Source of the DNA: Octopus bimaculoides
Lineage: Eukaryota
Length of the DNA stretch: 64,000 nt
Direction of reading: 5' to 3'
Assembly: GCF_001194135.2 (NCBI RefSeq)
Contig: NC_068995.1
Span: 34,752,136-34,816,135, forward strand
A program made the position numbers and the translations under genes. Of this stretch, positions 60,661-64,000 are shown piece after piece. The notes beneath the pieces are model-generated. The model ran no database searches, was not told the origin of the DNA, and saw only the letters and a program-made list of their open reading frames with translations. The first letter of the stretch is position 1. Each line of letters starts with the position of its first letter.

Positions 60661-62149
60661 CGAGATAGAACAACTAAAAAACTTTTGACACAGGAACAAG
60701 CTTTACATATTTTGTTGTAGTAGGTGTTGCTTTATTTTATCACATATTGGACCTGATCAGAAAGAGTTGCGACCAAAAATTTCAATCCGTGTCCATCTCA
60801 TCTATTTTTCTGGAATTATGAACCCATTACTACATTACTCTTCACACAACTACTTCTTAGAAGCATTTGTGAAAATTATCTGTGTGTAGGTTTTTTTTCA
60901 CTATCTCGCAGGTTATTTTGTAACACACGAGTGTAAATTATCTTCCGAAATCAAAATACGAATAATAAACAAAACAATAATCTTCTACACAAGATATGTA
61001 GCCCATATTTTCGCATATATTATTTTGGAAAAAGAAAATTTCATTAAAAACACTAAAAAATTGTTGAGTAATTTTATAAACCGAGAAAGTAACAACAATC
61101 TCTAAAATGTAAAAATATTGCAAAGATAACTTAGATTTTAAAACATAAATTTCCATTCTTCGAAAATGAACAAGGAAAAGGTATGAGCGAAACTTTCATG
61201 GGAGCGTTGTATGTTCAAGATGTAGATTTAAATAGAGAGAAAATCACAACTAAAGGTTTTAATTATTATCGATTACTTAGCACGATTCTGAAAAACATAT
61301 ACAACAAATAGTAGATCTTTAAAAAAATTAGGGTAAACTTTCGTGGCTTCTCCTCTCCAGCAGAAAGACAAAAAATAAGAAAAAAGAAACAAAAAGTCAA
61401 CTGCAAATTACAAGTATTCATGATTTACAAAGCATGCAGAGAGAAAGCATAATTAAATTCCTATAACCTTTATCACATATTGACAAAAAACATAATCGAA
61501 CTATCTAACTATATANNNNNNNNNNNNNNNNNNNNNNNNNNNNNNNNNNNNNNNNNNNNNNNNNNNATATATATATATATATATATAAATATACATATAT
61601 GCATATATATATATATAGATATTTTATATATAAACATTTATATATATAATTATACATATAATTATATATATATATATACACGAAAACACATGTTTATAAA
61701 TACAAAACATAGATACACGTAAACATTTTTTCCCAATAATTTTACTCTATTCTTGAAACCATTAAAGTTTTGAACTTTCATTCAATTAGTTAATGTTGCA
61801 ACGGACACTTTCAAAACCAAATGTTACTTGAACGAAACGAACCTTATTACAACATATTGAAAATATAAACAAGAATTGGAAATTGATTGTAGTTTGAAAT
61901 ATTCAATAGATTTTGAGTTCTATTGAATTTATTGAATTACTAATTTATACTTTGTAATACGTTTGTTAAAAAAAAACCCATATAAATACGATATATTACA
62001 TGTATGTGTACACACATTATTCATACACATGATCAACAGGCTTACTCTTCTTTCTTAGTATTTCTGTTTCTATTTAAACTACTCACTCATCTAGTATGTC
62101 TGTATATATATATGAGTGTGTGTGTGTGTGTGTGTGTGTGCATAAATGC

Positions 62150-62185
<36 letters not shown>

Positions 62186-62432
62186 AGAGAGAGACGGGGA
62201 CAAAGAGCGAGAGTGACAAATAGAAAAAATGAGGGATAGCCTGACGTATGTAAACACGCTATTAACTTCACTCACCACCTTCAACAGTACCACCTTCAAT
62301 AAATGTCTATGTTGAGTTTCATCAAGATGATTAACAATACCAAATGACATACATTGAATTATACGCAAATATAAATACCTAAATATACACCCATACATTA
62401 ACACATGCACAGAAACAAACAGAAACACACAG

Positions 62433-62481
<49 letters not shown>

Positions 62482-63282
62482 NNNNNNNNNNNNNNNNNNN
62501 NNNNNNNNNNNNNNNNNNNNNNNNNNNNNNNNNNNNNNNNNNNNNNNNNNNNNNNNNNNNNNNNNNNNNNNNNNNNNNNNNNNNNNNNNNNNNNNNNNNN
62601 NNNNNNNNNNNNNNNNNNNNNNNNNNNNNNNNNNNNNNNNNNNNNNNNNNNNNNNNNNNNNNNNNNNNNNNNNNNNNNNNNNNNNNNNNNNNNNNNNNNN
62701 NNNNNNNNNNNNNNNNNNNNNNNNNNNNNNNNNNNNNNNNNNNNNNNNNNNNNNNNNNNNNNNNNNNNNNNNNNNNNNNNNNNNNNNNNNNNNNNNNNNN
62801 NNNNNNNNNNNNNNNNNNNNNNNNNNNNNNNNNNNNNNNNNNNNNNNNNNNNNNNNNNNNNNNNNNNNNNNNNNNNNNNNNNNNNNNNNNNNNNNNNNNN
62901 NNNNNNNNNNNNNNNNNNNNNNNNNNNNNNNNNNNNNNNNNNNNNNNNNNNNNNNNNNNNNNNNNNNNNNNNNNNNNNNNNNNNNNNNNNNNNNNNNNNN
63001 NNNNNNNNNNNNNNNNNNNNNNNNNNNNNNNNNNNNNNNNNNNNNNNNNNNNNNNNNNNNNNNNNNNNNNNNNNNNNNNNNNNNNNNNNNNNNNNNNNNN
63101 NNNNNNNNNNNNNNNNNNNNNNNNNNNNNNNNNNNNNNNNNNNNNNNNNNNNNNNNNNNNNNNNNNNNNNNNNNNNNNNNNNNNNNNNNNNNNNNNNNNN
63201 NNNNNNNNNNNNNNNNNNNNNNNNNNNNNNNNNNNNNNNNNNNNNNNNNNNNNNNNNNNNNNNNNNNNNNNNNNNNNNNNNN

Positions 63283-63550
63283 GTTATTACAACCGCTGGA
63301 TGGAGCAGAGGGTCTGTACTTTCAGCAGGACGGGGCACCGGCCCATTATGCTACGCTTGTGCGAGATTGGCTGGACGCTAACCTGCCCTGTCTATGGATT
63401 GGCAGGCGAGGACCGCTTGAGTGGCCGTCTCGTTCGCCGGATTTGACCCCACCTGACTTTTTCCCGTGGGGCGTTCTCAAAGAGAAAGTCTACTCAACAA
63501 AGCCTCGCAATATTGCTGAACTTAAGGAACAAATTCAAGCTGCCAGATAA
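63283..63550 (+). mobile_element. Tc1/mariner transposase fragment with D-41-D spacing (rosa/Visitor-like)
   Basis: FQQDGAPAH...WIGRRG..EWPSRSPDLTPPDFFPWG; 41 residues counted between the D of QDG and the D of TPPD. Confidence 0.85.
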
Positions 63551-63769
63551 CTTTGTGCAGAACCATTTCAAAACCGCAATATTTTCTTCTTTTGTTAATT
63601 GGGTAGACATAATAAATATAACAGTATATTTGAAATGGGGGGGGGGAGGGGTAGAAATAAAACTATAAGATTTCAGCTTTCAAATGGCATATGAAATAGA
63701 AAAATTGAATAAGTATCAACAGTTACAAGTAAAAGAAAATATATAGTTCCTTATGGCGGACTCTGTATG

Positions 63770-64000
63770 TTTACTTTTATTCTTTTATTCGTTTCAGTCA
63801 TTTGCTGCAGCCATGCTGGAGCACCACCTTTAGTCAGACAAATCGACCCCAAGACTTATTCTTTGTAAGCCTAGTACTTATCCTATCAGTCTCTTTTGCC
63901 GAACCGCTAGGTTACGGGGGCATAAACACACCAACATCTGTTGTCAAGCGATGGTGGGGGACAGAGGCACACAAACATACACACATACATACATACATAC
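63770..64000 (-). mobile_element. SINE family A 3' half (continues past the window end)
   Basis: 'gtttcagtcatttgctgcagccatgctggagcaccaccttt...aatcgaccccaagac...gaaccgctaggttacgg'. Confidence 0.92.

Overview
AT-rich, repeat-dense animal genomic DNA from a gapped short-read assembly (18 N-runs, about 6.8 kb, mostly flanked by microsatellites). The SINE families look like those I associate with Octopus; that assignment is inference from recognition, not a database result. I find no intact host protein-coding gene, no true tRNA/rRNA gene and no CRISPR array, and nearly all long ORFs in the supplied track are artefacts of N-runs or simple repeats. The window is mainly a transposon graveyard: three tRNA-derived SINE families (called A, B, C here) plus decayed fragments of Penelope-like elements (PLE), RTE, CR1, Tx1/L1, R4/Dong, CRE, mariner (DD34D), a DD41D Tc1/mariner, Tigger/pogo and probable Helitrons. 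Most interesting observations: (1) the SINE-A 3' tail is visibly the same sequence as the CR1 LINE 3' tail; (2) three decayed copies of a minimal hammerhead-ribozyme-like motif, one at the end of a PLE; (3) three long near-perfect foldbacks within 1.6 kb (15950-17549); (4) one candidate host exon ending in AAACATG|GTAAGT (58313-58410); (5) several rearranged retroelement insertions. I did not find convincing evidence of a new biological system. Boundaries of decayed elements are approximate.
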